A stretch of 64,000 bases of DNA from a virus: IMG/VR virus record IMGVR_UViG_3300008448_000052; one strand, given 5' to 3'. How positions within the stretch are numbered: position 1 is the first letter of the stretch; each line of letters starts with the position of its first letter. Below, piece by piece: positions 20,188 through 29,204 of this stretch. Made by a program: the position numbers and the translations under genes. The notes beneath the pieces are model-generated. The model was not told the DNA's origin. It was given only the letters and a program-made list of their open reading frames with translations, and did not search any database.

Positions 20188-20478
20188 ATGGTAACAGATA
20201 AAATAGACAACATTAGAGAAGACATCACGGACTTAAAAGTCATAGCAGCTCGGCTTGATGAAAATTTAAAACAAAATAACGAAATATTGGATAGGTTAAC
20301 ATCGTCTGTAGAAGAACATGTTAAACGTAGTGATAATTTAGAACAAATGGTTTTATTAGATAAACAAGCACTTCAAAATAAGATTGATTCAGATAAATTA
20401 ATTTGGACAGTGTTATGTGCCGTTGGTGTTATATTTCTTGCGCTTAAAGAACTTGGGATTTTTGATAAGCTTATCTAG
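20188..20478 (+). CDS. small coiled-coil protein with C-terminal TM helix
   Basis: 96 aa; GAGGGG SD; hydrophobic WTVLCAVGVIFLAL segment. Confidence 0.4.
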   Translation: MVTDKIDNIREDITDLKVIAARLDENLKQNNEILDRLTSSVEEHVKRSDNLEQMVLLDKQALQNKIDSDKLIWTVLCAVGVIFLALKELGIFDKLI

Positions 20479-21072
20479 TAAGTCATGGGTTTTATCAGCT
20501 AGAACCATAGCAAGTTGATGAGCATTCAATTCAGACTTTTCATAAACCTGATATATAAGATGTGCCATAGGTACATCAGAAAATTTCTTGTCATATTCTT
20601 GACGAACCGATTTTACCATTTTAGAACGAAGCATAACATATTCTTTAAATGATAGTTTTTTATGATTACGCTTATCTTCAATTTGGGCAATGAGTGCATC
20701 TTCAACCAATGTAGGATTTAAAATATACCATCCGTCTTGCTTCTCGTCCAGCTTTCCTTCAATAGTATGAACAAAATTGTTAGCTTTACCCACTGTAAAA
20801 ATATCAGAATTACGTTTATTATTAGCATCATAGCAAGCCTTTGCTAGTTCGTTTGTACTGTGTAGGTAACCATTCATTACTCTACCATTCTTTTTATGAA
20901 CAGCGCCACCTACATATTCATCAGTAAATTGGGCTAACCATTTAAGTTCTTCTGCATTCAGTTTATGTAAATAATCATAGTCTAGTAGTTCTCGCCTAAC
21001 CTTAGTATTTTCAGCAGGGTTAAGACTTTCATAGCGAACGTTTTGCTTCAAAGCTTTTTTTCTAGGTTTCAT
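20413..21072 (-). CDS. hypothetical protein
   Basis: 219-aa ORF; its 3' end overlaps the convergent + gene by 66 nt. Confidence 0.45.
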   Translation of the reverse strand: MKPRKKALKQNVRYESLNPAENTKVRRELLDYDYLHKLNAEELKWLAQFTDEYVGGAVHKKNGRVMNGYLHSTNELAKACYDANNKRNSDIFTVGKANNFVHTIEGKLDEKQDGWYILNPTLVEDALIAQIEDKRNHKKLSFKEYVMLRSKMVKSVRQEYDKKFSDVPMAHLIYQVYEKSELNAHQLAMVLADKTHDLLDKLIKNPKFFKRKKYNTNGT

Positions 21073-21467
21073 GCTTGGCCTTTTTTATTACTTGTGTACT
21101 TTTTCTTAAATACTTCATAGTCATTTAAAGCAAATCCTTCGGGATGTAATAAATAATGTGATACATTGTTCACTAAGCGTCTTTTAAATAGTTTATTGAA
21201 TTCTTTTGAAAATGACATTGCAGTTAATGGGTTCTCACCATTTGCATCACACCATTTAACAAATCTATCATAAACAACGATGGTTGGTACACAAACATTA
21301 GCATGACTTTTAATGTTTTCACTTACTACAAATTGTTTGATTTTTTCAACAGTGTCTAATTTCTTACTAGATTTTTTAGGTTTTTTTATAGGTTTTTGTG
21401 CAACCTTCATTAACTCGTCCATAGACAATTCGTCAATGCGTTTATTGTTGTTGTTGTTATTTTCCAT
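21069..21467 (-). CDS. hypothetical protein (poly-Asn N-terminus)
   Basis: 132-aa ORF, coupled to its neighbours. Confidence 0.45.
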   Translation of the reverse strand: MENNNNNNKRIDELSMDELMKVAQKPIKKPKKSSKKLDTVEKIKQFVVSENIKSHANVCVPTIVVYDRFVKWCDANGENPLTAMSFSKEFNKLFKRRLVNNVSHYLLHPEGFALNDYEVFKKKYTSNKKGQA

Positions 21468-21834
21468 TTACGGCCTGTACTGCCATTCCACCTACTACAA
21501 CACCGCCAACAAAATATAAAATTTTAGTAAATGTGTCGTCAGCTTTATTTTGAAGAATAGCTATTTGTTCGCTTTTGTTATTATTGCTTTGATGTAAAAC
21601 ATTAATCATTTCATATTGATCTGCAACAAGGTCTTTATATTCATCATTTTGCACCACTGCCGTTCTAGCTTTAAGTTCTAAATCAGGAGTAAGTAGCATG
21701 CCAGCAAATGGTGCCATGTCGCCCTTTTTTAAATACTTGGCGTCTCCACCATATGTAACATTTGCTAAAAAGAATGTAAGAAAAAAGATAAGAAAAATAG
21801 TTCCAATATGTAAGTGGTTAGCGGATGTTTTCAT
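21457..21834 (-). CDS. membrane protein with N- and C-terminal TM helices (spanin-like?)
   Basis: Hydrophobic segments IGTIFLIFFLTFFL and ILYFVGGVVVGGMAV. Confidence 0.4.
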   Translation of the reverse strand: MKTSANHLHIGTIFLIFFLTFFLANVTYGGDAKYLKKGDMAPFAGMLLTPDLELKARTAVVQNDEYKDLVADQYEMINVLHQSNNNKSEQIAILQNKADDTFTKILYFVGGVVVGGMAVQAVNGK

Positions 21835-22088
21835 AATTTCTTCCAGAAGTTTTCAGCTTCATCAGTAGTTTTCTCTGCTTCTTGCTGGGGTACAGCATCT
21901 ACAGCTTTTTGAGCTTCTTGAATTTTGTGTTCAGCCACTACAATTTTGTCTTGTAAAGCTTCATCAGACTTCTTTAATGTGTTTAGCTTACGCCAGTCAA
22001 GAAAGTCTTTAAACGATTTACCAGCCCAAGCTAATGCTGCTACAATGACAATCCATGCAATGGGGTTTGATAAAATAGTTGATAACAT
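21831..22088 (-). CDS. small N-terminal-TM coiled-coil protein (spanin/holin-like?)
   Basis: 85 aa; TM IAWIVIVAALAWA followed by a charged helix. Confidence 0.4.
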   Translation of the reverse strand: MLSTILSNPIAWIVIVAALAWAGKSFKDFLDWRKLNTLKKSDEALQDKIVVAEHKIQEAQKAVDAVPQQEAEKTTDEAENFWKKL

Positions 22089-22396
22089 TATTGTCCCTCT
22101 TTCTTAGGTTCGTCGTCGCCATCTAGTTCAATGCCTTCGCGACCAAGTTTAACTTTGTCTAAACTTCTTAATAGGTAAAATGCCAACATCAGTCCAGAAT
22201 ATCCAATGGCGCAATAGACACCAGTTTCAAGGTCTTTAAAATAGAGACTAATGATGCCACCAATGGCTACAGCGTTAGCAATGTGAGCAAATAATAATGA
22301 CACTGATGATTTGCCTGATCTGTTGTCGTGAGCTGCTGGTAAATAAAAACCAATAGTAGAACCAAACTTTAGAATTTCTTTAATTTTATTTAGCAT
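22088..22396 (-). CDS. holin-like two-TM protein
   Basis: 102 aa; two hydrophobic helices and a charged C-terminal tail DGDDEPKKEGQ. Confidence 0.4.
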   Translation of the reverse strand: MLNKIKEILKFGSTIGFYLPAAHDNRSGKSSVSLLFAHIANAVAIGGIISLYFKDLETGVYCAIGYSGLMLAFYLLRSLDKVKLGREGIELDGDDEPKKEGQ

Positions 22397-22859
22397 TATA
22401 TCCCTTTTTTGTTCTTATACTATTATTATAGCCTTTTTGACTAGCTGTGTCAAGAGATTTGTTTGCATGGCGTTCGGCAGTTTCAGTGGCGGTTTTTATC
22501 TTATGATGTGGTTTACATAAAACCTGTAAGTTGTCGATTTCACAGAACAAATTGGGAACAAAGGTATCCCACCCTACAAAGCCATCTTCTGTATCTATAA
22601 CAGGGGCAATGTGGTCCACTTGAACTTCGTCACGTTTATGATAAAATTTAACGTCACCAGCAGCTAGACAATGGGCACAAATAAAGTATACACCAAGCTT
22701 GTCTTTGCCGTTCTTAAACTGTCCCTCGTCAATTAGTATTTTAGCCTCATTAAGACACTGGTACTTATATTTCCAACGAATAGAAGCCCGCCTAAGAGCA
22801 ATGATGCGCAATTCGTGTAGAGACTTTTCTCTTTTAGGTTTTCTGGTAAATTTAGGCAT
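22386..22859 (-). CDS. HNH endonuclease
   Basis: CAHC...VDHIAPV...N...LCKPHHKIK HNH motif. Confidence 0.7.
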   Translation of the reverse strand: MPKFTRKPKREKSLHELRIIALRRASIRWKYKYQCLNEAKILIDEGQFKNGKDKLGVYFICAHCLAAGDVKFYHKRDEVQVDHIAPVIDTEDGFVGWDTFVPNLFCEIDNLQVLCKPHHKIKTATETAERHANKSLDTASQKGYNNSIRTKKGYNAK

Positions 22860-23155
22860 TATTTTAATCTCTTTCGATCTTTACAAGCTTCAACGTTGCA
22901 TGTACCATACAATTTTCCTAATATTTCAAATTCTTCATAATGACCTTTGCCACATGATTCACAAAGTATTAGTTTTTTAGTTTTAATGGGTTCACCATAA
23001 GGTTTTATGTCTTTTGGCTCTGTAGAAACGCTACGTTTTTCATAGTAGCGCAGTTGTCGTTGTAGTTGTTTTATTTGAGCTTCAAGCTCTCTAATGCGGC
23101 CTCTGAGGTGATCGGCTTCACTTTTGTCTCTTTTGCGAGACGTTTCTTTGGACAT
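22859..23155 (-). CDS. Zn-ribbon coiled-coil protein
   Basis: 98 aa; CESCGKG...CNVEAC cluster plus heptad helix. Confidence 0.4.
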   Translation of the reverse strand: MSKETSRKRDKSEADHLRGRIRELEAQIKQLQRQLRYYEKRSVSTEPKDIKPYGEPIKTKKLILCESCGKGHYEEFEILGKLYGTCNVEACKDRKRLK

Positions 23156-23164
23156 GGTTCGTCC

Positions 23165-23380
23165 TTAAGTTTTAACTGGTTTTGCTTTCGATGTCACTTC
23201 TTTTGTACCTAGAATGCTTTCTAAATACTTAATGTTGGCTTCGGCTGACTCTTTATATTTTTTTAAACTTAAAATGTCTCTTTCGGCTTTAGCGATGTTA
23301 TCATCATATGTTTGAATGTCGTCTTTAGTAGATGTAATGAGGTCTTCAAAGTGTCCTTTAAGGGATTCAGTAATTTTCAT
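23165..23380 (-). CDS. small coiled-coil protein
   Basis: 71-aa ORF. Confidence 0.35.
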   Translation of the reverse strand: MKITESLKGHFEDLITSTKDDIQTYDDNIAKAERDILSLKKYKESAEANIKYLESILGTKEVTSKAKPVKT

Positions 23381-24042
23381 GATTTTCCTTTTTTGTTTTT
23401 AGTTTCTTTAATGATGCCATACTTCTTAGCTTGGTTAACTCCAAACCATGAGTCACCAGTAGTTTTGTTTAAGGACTTAAGGTTGAGTTTACTTCTTGCT
23501 GAAATGATGCCGTACATTTGATCGTTACAAATTTTAGCTTCTGCCACATCGACAAGAGTATCTTTTAGTTTACCTTCGGTGCCATGTGATAGGCTATGTA
23601 TCATAAACCTAGTGTTGGGACTAGCAATGCGTTCAGTGCCAGCTAGAAATATAACTATACCCATAGACGCGATTTTACCACTAGCAATGACGGTGATTGG
23701 ACTAACAGATGCCCGTAACACATCATAAATCGCAAATCCTTCGTAGACTCCTCCACCATAGGTTTGTAGGTGTATAGTGATGGGGTCATGGTTAATGTCA
23801 TTGAGGGTCGTAATGGCTCTAAGTACAAACTCTGACATGTTTTCATTAACTTCTCCTGTAAGTGAAAATCTTCGACGTTTTAGGTCTAAGCCCATTTGTA
23901 ACCACTGTTGAGTGGAGTCTGAGCCAGTCGGGTCTTCTGTAGAAAACTGGGCCAATACTTCTCCATCAGGGCGAACTATACTAAACGTTCCATCATTATT
24001 ACTGTTATTGGCTCTTTTTTTATTCATTATAACTTTTCCCAT
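23377..24042 (-). CDS. ClpP-family serine protease with ~90-aa N-terminal extension
   Basis: YGGGVYEGFAIYDVL...ASGKIASMG...PNTRFMIHS...GDSWF matches the ClpP Ser-His-Asp blocks. Confidence 0.75.
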   Translation of the reverse strand: MGKVIMNKKRANNSNNDGTFSIVRPDGEVLAQFSTEDPTGSDSTQQWLQMGLDLKRRRFSLTGEVNENMSEFVLRAITTLNDINHDPITIHLQTYGGGVYEGFAIYDVLRASVSPITVIASGKIASMGIVIFLAGTERIASPNTRFMIHSLSHGTEGKLKDTLVDVAEAKICNDQMYGIISARSKLNLKSLNKTTGDSWFGVNQAKKYGIIKETKNKKGKS

Positions 24043-25283
24043 TTCTGGATTAGTTTATCTAAAGAAGCATCTTTGTCGGTGCGACCATCTACTTTAATGA
24101 AACGAATGTCACCTACTGGATAGTCTTCTACTGACTCAAATAAATATTGTCCAGAAGCAGTTTCAGTAAGTCCAATGCTAGTCGCAAATTCATCAGTAGG
24201 TGGTAATGCACCATTTGTAATGAGTACAGCACCATTTGATAGGTGAGTGCATGACCCGACGTGGACATGTCCTATAACAAATACTGAATATTCTTCTTTA
24301 TCAATGAGAGACGAGTTAATGCTATTAATTTGATCTTCTAATGAGCCTGTCTTAATGGACGAACTAGGGTGACCAACTTTTAAAACGCTATCCCCATGTG
24401 TTGCGAAGATACGTTTACCAAATACTTCATAAGTTACATATGGAGTTTTGGGAATGATAAATTCAAGGTTTTTTAAATGAGATAGGCTATATTTTAAAGC
24501 GGTATATAACATAGTACCCAAAGAGTCCCATTTTTGATTTACAGCTCTACTCGGATGACGTGATATAGTTCTATCATGATTACCAGTATTACAATAGACA
24601 GTAACAGAAGGGAACGATGCTGATAAATGTGCAAATGCTTGAGTTAATAAATGTAAGGCTCTAGCAAACTGTTCAGCTTGAGGGGCAGCATCACGAGGGT
24701 CGTGTAATTGATTTTGAATGATGTCACCAATTAATAAAACATTAAGGTGAGTTTCATTTCTATACGCAGACTTATATGTAATAGTTTCTTCAATGATTTT
24801 AGCAAGGCGTCTAGCTTCTTCAACACGTTTAAAGTCTAAGTTGCCAGTTTCATCTTTACTAATGTCTGAGCCGATATGTAAATCTGATAGAACCAAATTT
24901 AATGCTCGCTTAACTTTAGCTTTAGTTTTAATTTTGTAAGGTTCAATTTTTACTTTTGGTAAACCTAAAATGGCATTCTGAATTTCTTCTTCTAGAATGA
25001 TGCGAGTTCCAACCATGTTTTCAAGTTTATTGATGTAACTGCGGTCATCTTTCAAATTACGAATAGCTGGTAATTCTTTATTGGTTATAGTAAAGTGTGC
25101 CGATTTAACTAAAGCTAAACCTCCAACTTTTCTAAGGTCCCAATCGTTAATGCCATAGTCATTTTGAAGCAAGTCTAGCTTGGTTACTTCTGACGGCTCT
25201 TTACCTAATTCTTTAGCGGCAGCTTTAATAGCCGCTACAATGCGTTTTACCAAAGTGACGTTGGTCTCTTTTTTCTCAGACAT
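24027..25283 (-). CDS. calcineurin-like metallophosphoesterase with extra N-terminal domain
   Basis: SDLHIG (DxH), LLIGDII, GNHDR, IGHVHVG motifs. Confidence 0.65.
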   Translation of the reverse strand: MSEKKETNVTLVKRIVAAIKAAAKELGKEPSEVTKLDLLQNDYGINDWDLRKVGGLALVKSAHFTITNKELPAIRNLKDDRSYINKLENMVGTRIILEEEIQNAILGLPKVKIEPYKIKTKAKVKRALNLVLSDLHIGSDISKDETGNLDFKRVEEARRLAKIIEETITYKSAYRNETHLNVLLIGDIIQNQLHDPRDAAPQAEQFARALHLLTQAFAHLSASFPSVTVYCNTGNHDRTISRHPSRAVNQKWDSLGTMLYTALKYSLSHLKNLEFIIPKTPYVTYEVFGKRIFATHGDSVLKVGHPSSSIKTGSLEDQINSINSSLIDKEEYSVFVIGHVHVGSCTHLSNGAVLITNGALPPTDEFATSIGLTETASGQYLFESVEDYPVGDIRFIKVDGRTDKDASLDKLIQKWEKL

Positions 25284-25346
25284 TAAGGGTCTCCCTATTC
25301 ATATTTGTTTGTTTTGTCTTATGTTAATAGTTTAGCTAACTTGACA

Positions 25347-26213
25347 CTACTTGTCAAGCAATTCTTTATAATTTTTAGATAAAGCATAGTTTTTAAATTG
25401 ATTTATGTCTAAAACTGTACTAAAAATTCCCATTGTATCGTATAATCGTTTTAAGAGTTGTTGGACATCATGGTTTGGACTGTTTTTGTTCCATTTTTTA
25501 CTTTGTTCTAATCCATATGAATATTCAGCTTTAATCTTAATTTTCTGAGTATGTTCTTTTTTAGTTTTCTTTGCCTTGTTTGGCTTAATTTTAATGATTG
25601 ACAAGTTTTTTGTTGGATAGAGGTAAATTTTATCACCTTGTTGAATGAGTTCCTCGTTCTTAATAGCATCCCAAACTGCAACCTCATTTGTTCTAATATC
25701 AACTTCTTTACCCTTTATGTAATAAACTTTCTTAGGCATTAGCATTTCTTTACTATTTGGTCTAAGTTCTGTTTTAAGAACATATCCTTTACAAGCTAGC
25801 ACTGGTTCGGTAATTGTTTTTTTAGCACACCATCTAGAAATGTCTTGAATGTTTACAGCTTCTTTTACATATTTTTCATAAATGTCAACAACAGTATTCT
25901 GCTTATCTTCTAATATGGCATCAATGATTTCTTTCATAAGAGAAGCTAAAGCTGGTTCTTTGGTAGATGATTTAAACGCTGAACCCTTAATTTTAATTTT
26001 ATTAGTACCATGCTCTTTTAAAATATAGTTTTTAGCTCGAACAACAATTACTGTATCAAAATATCCATCATGGTCAAACTGTATTTTTTCAGGAAATTGA
26101 TTGTTAAGTTCTTCTAAAAAAGCATCCTGTTCTTCTTCTGTCCAAAATTCACCATTTGGTTTTTGAACTAAAATTGCATCTGTATCAACATTAACTAATT
26201 TTAAATTATGCAT
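25347..26213 (-). CDS. family B DNA polymerase, C-terminal fragment (motif C + thumb)
   Basis: Begins MHNLKLVNVDTDAILV (DTD motif C) and contains a KxY-like VRAKNYIL; sits directly behind the HEG that follows the N-terminal fragment. Confidence 0.6.
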   Translation of the reverse strand: MHNLKLVNVDTDAILVQKPNGEFWTEEEQDAFLEELNNQFPEKIQFDHDGYFDTVIVVRAKNYILKEHGTNKIKIKGSAFKSSTKEPALASLMKEIIDAILEDKQNTVVDIYEKYVKEAVNIQDISRWCAKKTITEPVLACKGYVLKTELRPNSKEMLMPKKVYYIKGKEVDIRTNEVAVWDAIKNEELIQQGDKIYLYPTKNLSIIKIKPNKAKKTKKEHTQKIKIKAEYSYGLEQSKKWNKNSPNHDVQQLLKRLYDTMGIFSTVLDINQFKNYALSKNYKELLDK

Positions 26214-26877
26214 AATAAAAAACTATCCCATTTTTTGTTTTTTTAGTTCTACCTTTTAAAATATCACAAACAGAACTAACTGAAATTTTCCAATATTTAG
26301 CAGCATCAACTAAACTTTTAAAATTATTATTCATATTGTCTTTCAGTGGTTTTTTACTTTTTTCTATAAATGGTAGTAAATCTAAATGTCGCTTTAGTCT
26401 TTTTGAAATTTTAGACATTTTACTTTTAGTTTCATCAGTATGTTTAAATTTTTTATTTAATTTCAATTGTATCATTTTAATTTTAAATTCTTTTGTCCAT
26501 TTCTTACCATACATATAATGATCAGAACCTTTAATTATTTTTCTTTTTTTAAACTTATCCATTGTTTGTTTACTATGCTTTCGGCCATCCATTGGAGCAG
26601 ACGAGTGTAGACTAATATTATATTTAGGTTGTAAGTTGTTTAAATATAATTGTTCTATTTTTAATTTATTCTTTAGTAAACATTCTTCTATAACCTCAAA
26701 TTTAAAATTATCTTTACCATATTTTTTAAAAGCAATATTAAGTTTATAATTAGGATGTATTCCTTGTTCAGCTTTTCTAAAGTGTTCTTGTTTTCTTTTA
26801 GTCCAATTATTTGTTGAACCTATGTAAAAATCTTTAGTTATTATATTAATAATTTTATATATGTAACTCATTTTCAT
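26206..26877 (-). CDS. GIY-YIG homing endonuclease
   Basis: YIYKIINIITKDFYIGSTNNWTKRKQEH... GIY-YIG core plus basic NUMOD-like C-terminal DNA-binding region. Confidence 0.8.
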   Translation of the reverse strand: MKMSYIYKIINIITKDFYIGSTNNWTKRKQEHFRKAEQGIHPNYKLNIAFKKYGKDNFKFEVIEECLLKNKLKIEQLYLNNLQPKYNISLHSSAPMDGRKHSKQTMDKFKKRKIIKGSDHYMYGKKWTKEFKIKMIQLKLNKKFKHTDETKSKMSKISKRLKRHLDLLPFIEKSKKPLKDNMNNNFKSLVDAAKYWKISVSSVCDILKGRTKKTKNGIVFYYA

Positions 26878-28435
26878 GAGTGCTTAGTCCTTTCCAATAT
26901 TCTACGGTTTTACCAGTTGCAAACATAATTGCATCAGTTAGTACTTTTCTACCCATTCTGGTTACAAAAGCTGCTCCTTGAACAAAATTAAAGTTTAATC
27001 CTGCTGCCCCCATAAATCCATACAAAGAGTTTGCTGCGACTTTTTGAGATTGCTCTAAATCTTTGTAATATTGTTGTCCTGTTTCTTTTGCTAGTTTCTT
27101 ATTTTTTAATCTTTCAGTTGCAAAATATTCTGTAATTTTTAAAAAGTTACCGTGAGGGTCTTTTTCTTTAGAATAGACTTTATAGTGTCTCATTAATGAA
27201 GGATATAGAGAAGAAACGTCACACTTTAAAGCATTTTTATAAATGCCAGCAATACCAAAAGAAATTGCCCCCTCGAATGATTGAACTTCATCTGCTTTTG
27301 GAATACTAAACCCTATTTGCAAATAACTTCTAACCATTATATTATTAATTTGACTACCCGTTGCACTAATGCCCATTGTTTGGAAAGACTTGCTCACCGA
27401 CTGGGTAAAATAGAATTTAGAAGGAATCATTATATCAAATAGTTTTAAACCATCGTCAGAGTCATCATTGGCATATTCTTTGGCTTTATTCCACATTTCA
27501 GGTTTTCCATCTAAATAATCTAAATAATATTGCCACATATGTTTAGCATCAACAAATGTTCTATTTTCTTTTTCTAATCCTAAATGTCTAATAATTGGTT
27601 TTAACCCATAACTAGGAAAACTTCTACCAATGTCATATTGATATGATAGAAACATTGTATCAATAATTTCTCTACCAAAAATGTGACAATTAAAATATTC
27701 AATGTCTTGAGAGCCGTCTTTTCTAAAAGAGCTTTCCCATCTATCAAACCTAATAGCTGAATCATCACGACCTAAATCAAGCTGAATACCTAACTCTCTA
27801 GCTCTAAATGCTAAATATGGTATGTCAAATGATAGTATGTTATGTCCAAGCATTATACTTGGGTCAACAATTTTAACCCATTTAATCCAAGCCTTTATCA
27901 TGGCTGCTTCATTGCCTTTGTAAGTGATGAGGTCAAATATTTTCTTAATGATGCGACCATCAGGTCTACGGTAAGTGTTGGTTATCATTACCACTTTAGA
28001 AAGTTCGGTATGCTTTAGTGTAGTTGTTTCTATGTCAAACGATAAGGCAGACACTTCTTTTGGTACCATGCCCTTAAAGTATGTCATGCCATTATAAACT
28101 AATGTTGCTTCTTTCTGGTCAAAAATACGATAGTAGTCTACATTGTTCTTTTTTAATAGACCAACGACTTTGTCTCGTTCTTCTTGATTATTGAAGGTGC
28201 CCAAATATTTATAGTGTTGAACGCCTTCTAGTGTAGTTTGTTTATCTGAGATTTGTTTATTGGTAATGAACCAAAATGTAGAAGGCTTTTTAGTTAGTTC
28301 TAGCTGACCATTTTTAAGTTGACGATAAATGTATAATTCATTATCTTTGTTTTCAATAGAAACTATACGATCAGTATTATCTTTACCAAATACTAATTTT
28401 TCAGTTTCTTCTGGTGTTGCAAGTAAAGTATTCAT
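26855..28435 (-). CDS. family B DNA polymerase, N-terminal fragment (N-domain, 3'-5' exo, motifs A and B)
   Basis: FDIETT (Exo I), HNILSFDIPYL (Exo II), DVSSLYPS (motif A), KVAANSLYGFMG (motif B); stops before motif C. Confidence 0.8.
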   Translation of the reverse strand: MNTLLATPEETEKLVFGKDNTDRIVSIENKDNELYIYRQLKNGQLELTKKPSTFWFITNKQISDKQTTLEGVQHYKYLGTFNNQEERDKVVGLLKKNNVDYYRIFDQKEATLVYNGMTYFKGMVPKEVSALSFDIETTTLKHTELSKVVMITNTYRRPDGRIIKKIFDLITYKGNEAAMIKAWIKWVKIVDPSIMLGHNILSFDIPYLAFRARELGIQLDLGRDDSAIRFDRWESSFRKDGSQDIEYFNCHIFGREIIDTMFLSYQYDIGRSFPSYGLKPIIRHLGLEKENRTFVDAKHMWQYYLDYLDGKPEMWNKAKEYANDDSDDGLKLFDIMIPSKFYFTQSVSKSFQTMGISATGSQINNIMVRSYLQIGFSIPKADEVQSFEGAISFGIAGIYKNALKCDVSSLYPSLMRHYKVYSKEKDPHGNFLKITEYFATERLKNKKLAKETGQQYYKDLEQSQKVAANSLYGFMGAAGLNFNFVQGAAFVTRMGRKVLTDAIMFATGKTVEYWKGLSTHENELHI

Positions 28436-28436
28436 A

Positions 28437-29204
28437 TTATCTTTTTGGATAGGGTTTTATTAAGTGTTTAATATTAGTATACAACACATGTTTCCTTTTG
28501 CCAACAAAATAAAAGTATCTATGTTTACTTTTCTGTTTAACAAATTTAGCATTAGGGTATCTCTTTAGAATTTCATCTTTACGTTGAGAGCCAATTTTAG
28601 ACCTCATGGCTCTAGACCCGTACAATTTGCCATCTATGATGACACCAAATCGTTCCTTGTTTTTATTTTTAGGATTGCTGTCTCTCATTGAACCAACATA
28701 ATGAAAATTACAGGCTTGGTAAATGGTTCCCACTTCTCCAGCTAAGTGGTCGGTAGTGCAAGTTATCACCTCATATTGAGGCGGTAGCAGCTTTATTGCA
28801 CCCATTATAAGCTTACTGTTAGTGTTCTTAGGTGTCCAATGAAGACATACTCCTCTGGATAATAGCAGCATCTTACCAGTGTAACCATACTTATCCCAAA
28901 CGCCTAAATTCTCAGAATATTCAGGACCAAACACTACAACTCCACCACATAGTTCACCAAAGAAAATACCAAAGGCATATTTATTAACCGCTGGCATACA
29001 ACCAAGCCATTCATATTTCTCTATGATGGTTTTGGCTAATGACATGGTAATGGGTTTAACTATGGCATTCTTTAAAGTTAAGTCAGCATTTGTCCAGTAT
29101 GGGTTTTCCAATTCTTCTTTAGCGGTACGAACTCTTATGTCATACTGCCAAGCTGTACCGATGCTATCCTTATCTAAAGATTCTTCATACCTAGTTTTTG
29201 ACAT
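28437..29204 (-). CDS. hypothetical protein
   Basis: 255-aa ORF coupled between polB and the primase-helicase. Confidence 0.45.
   Translation of the reverse strand: MSKTRYEESLDKDSIGTAWQYDIRVRTAKEELENPYWTNADLTLKNAIVKPITMSLAKTIIEKYEWLGCMPAVNKYAFGIFFGELCGGVVVFGPEYSENLGVWDKYGYTGKMLLLSRGVCLHWTPKNTNSKLIMGAIKLLPPQYEVITCTTDHLAGEVGTIYQACNFHYVGSMRDSNPKNKNKERFGVIIDGKLYGSRAMRSKIGSQRKDEILKRYPNAKFVKQKSKHRYFYFVGKRKHVLYTNIKHLIKPYPKR

Noticed and set aside
26206-26877. Group-I intron or intein interrupting the DNA polymerase
   Set aside because: The HEG ORF overlaps both polymerase fragments (23 nt and 8 nt), leaving no room for a ~250-nt intron core, and no intein splice motifs are present; it is interpreted as a split gene.
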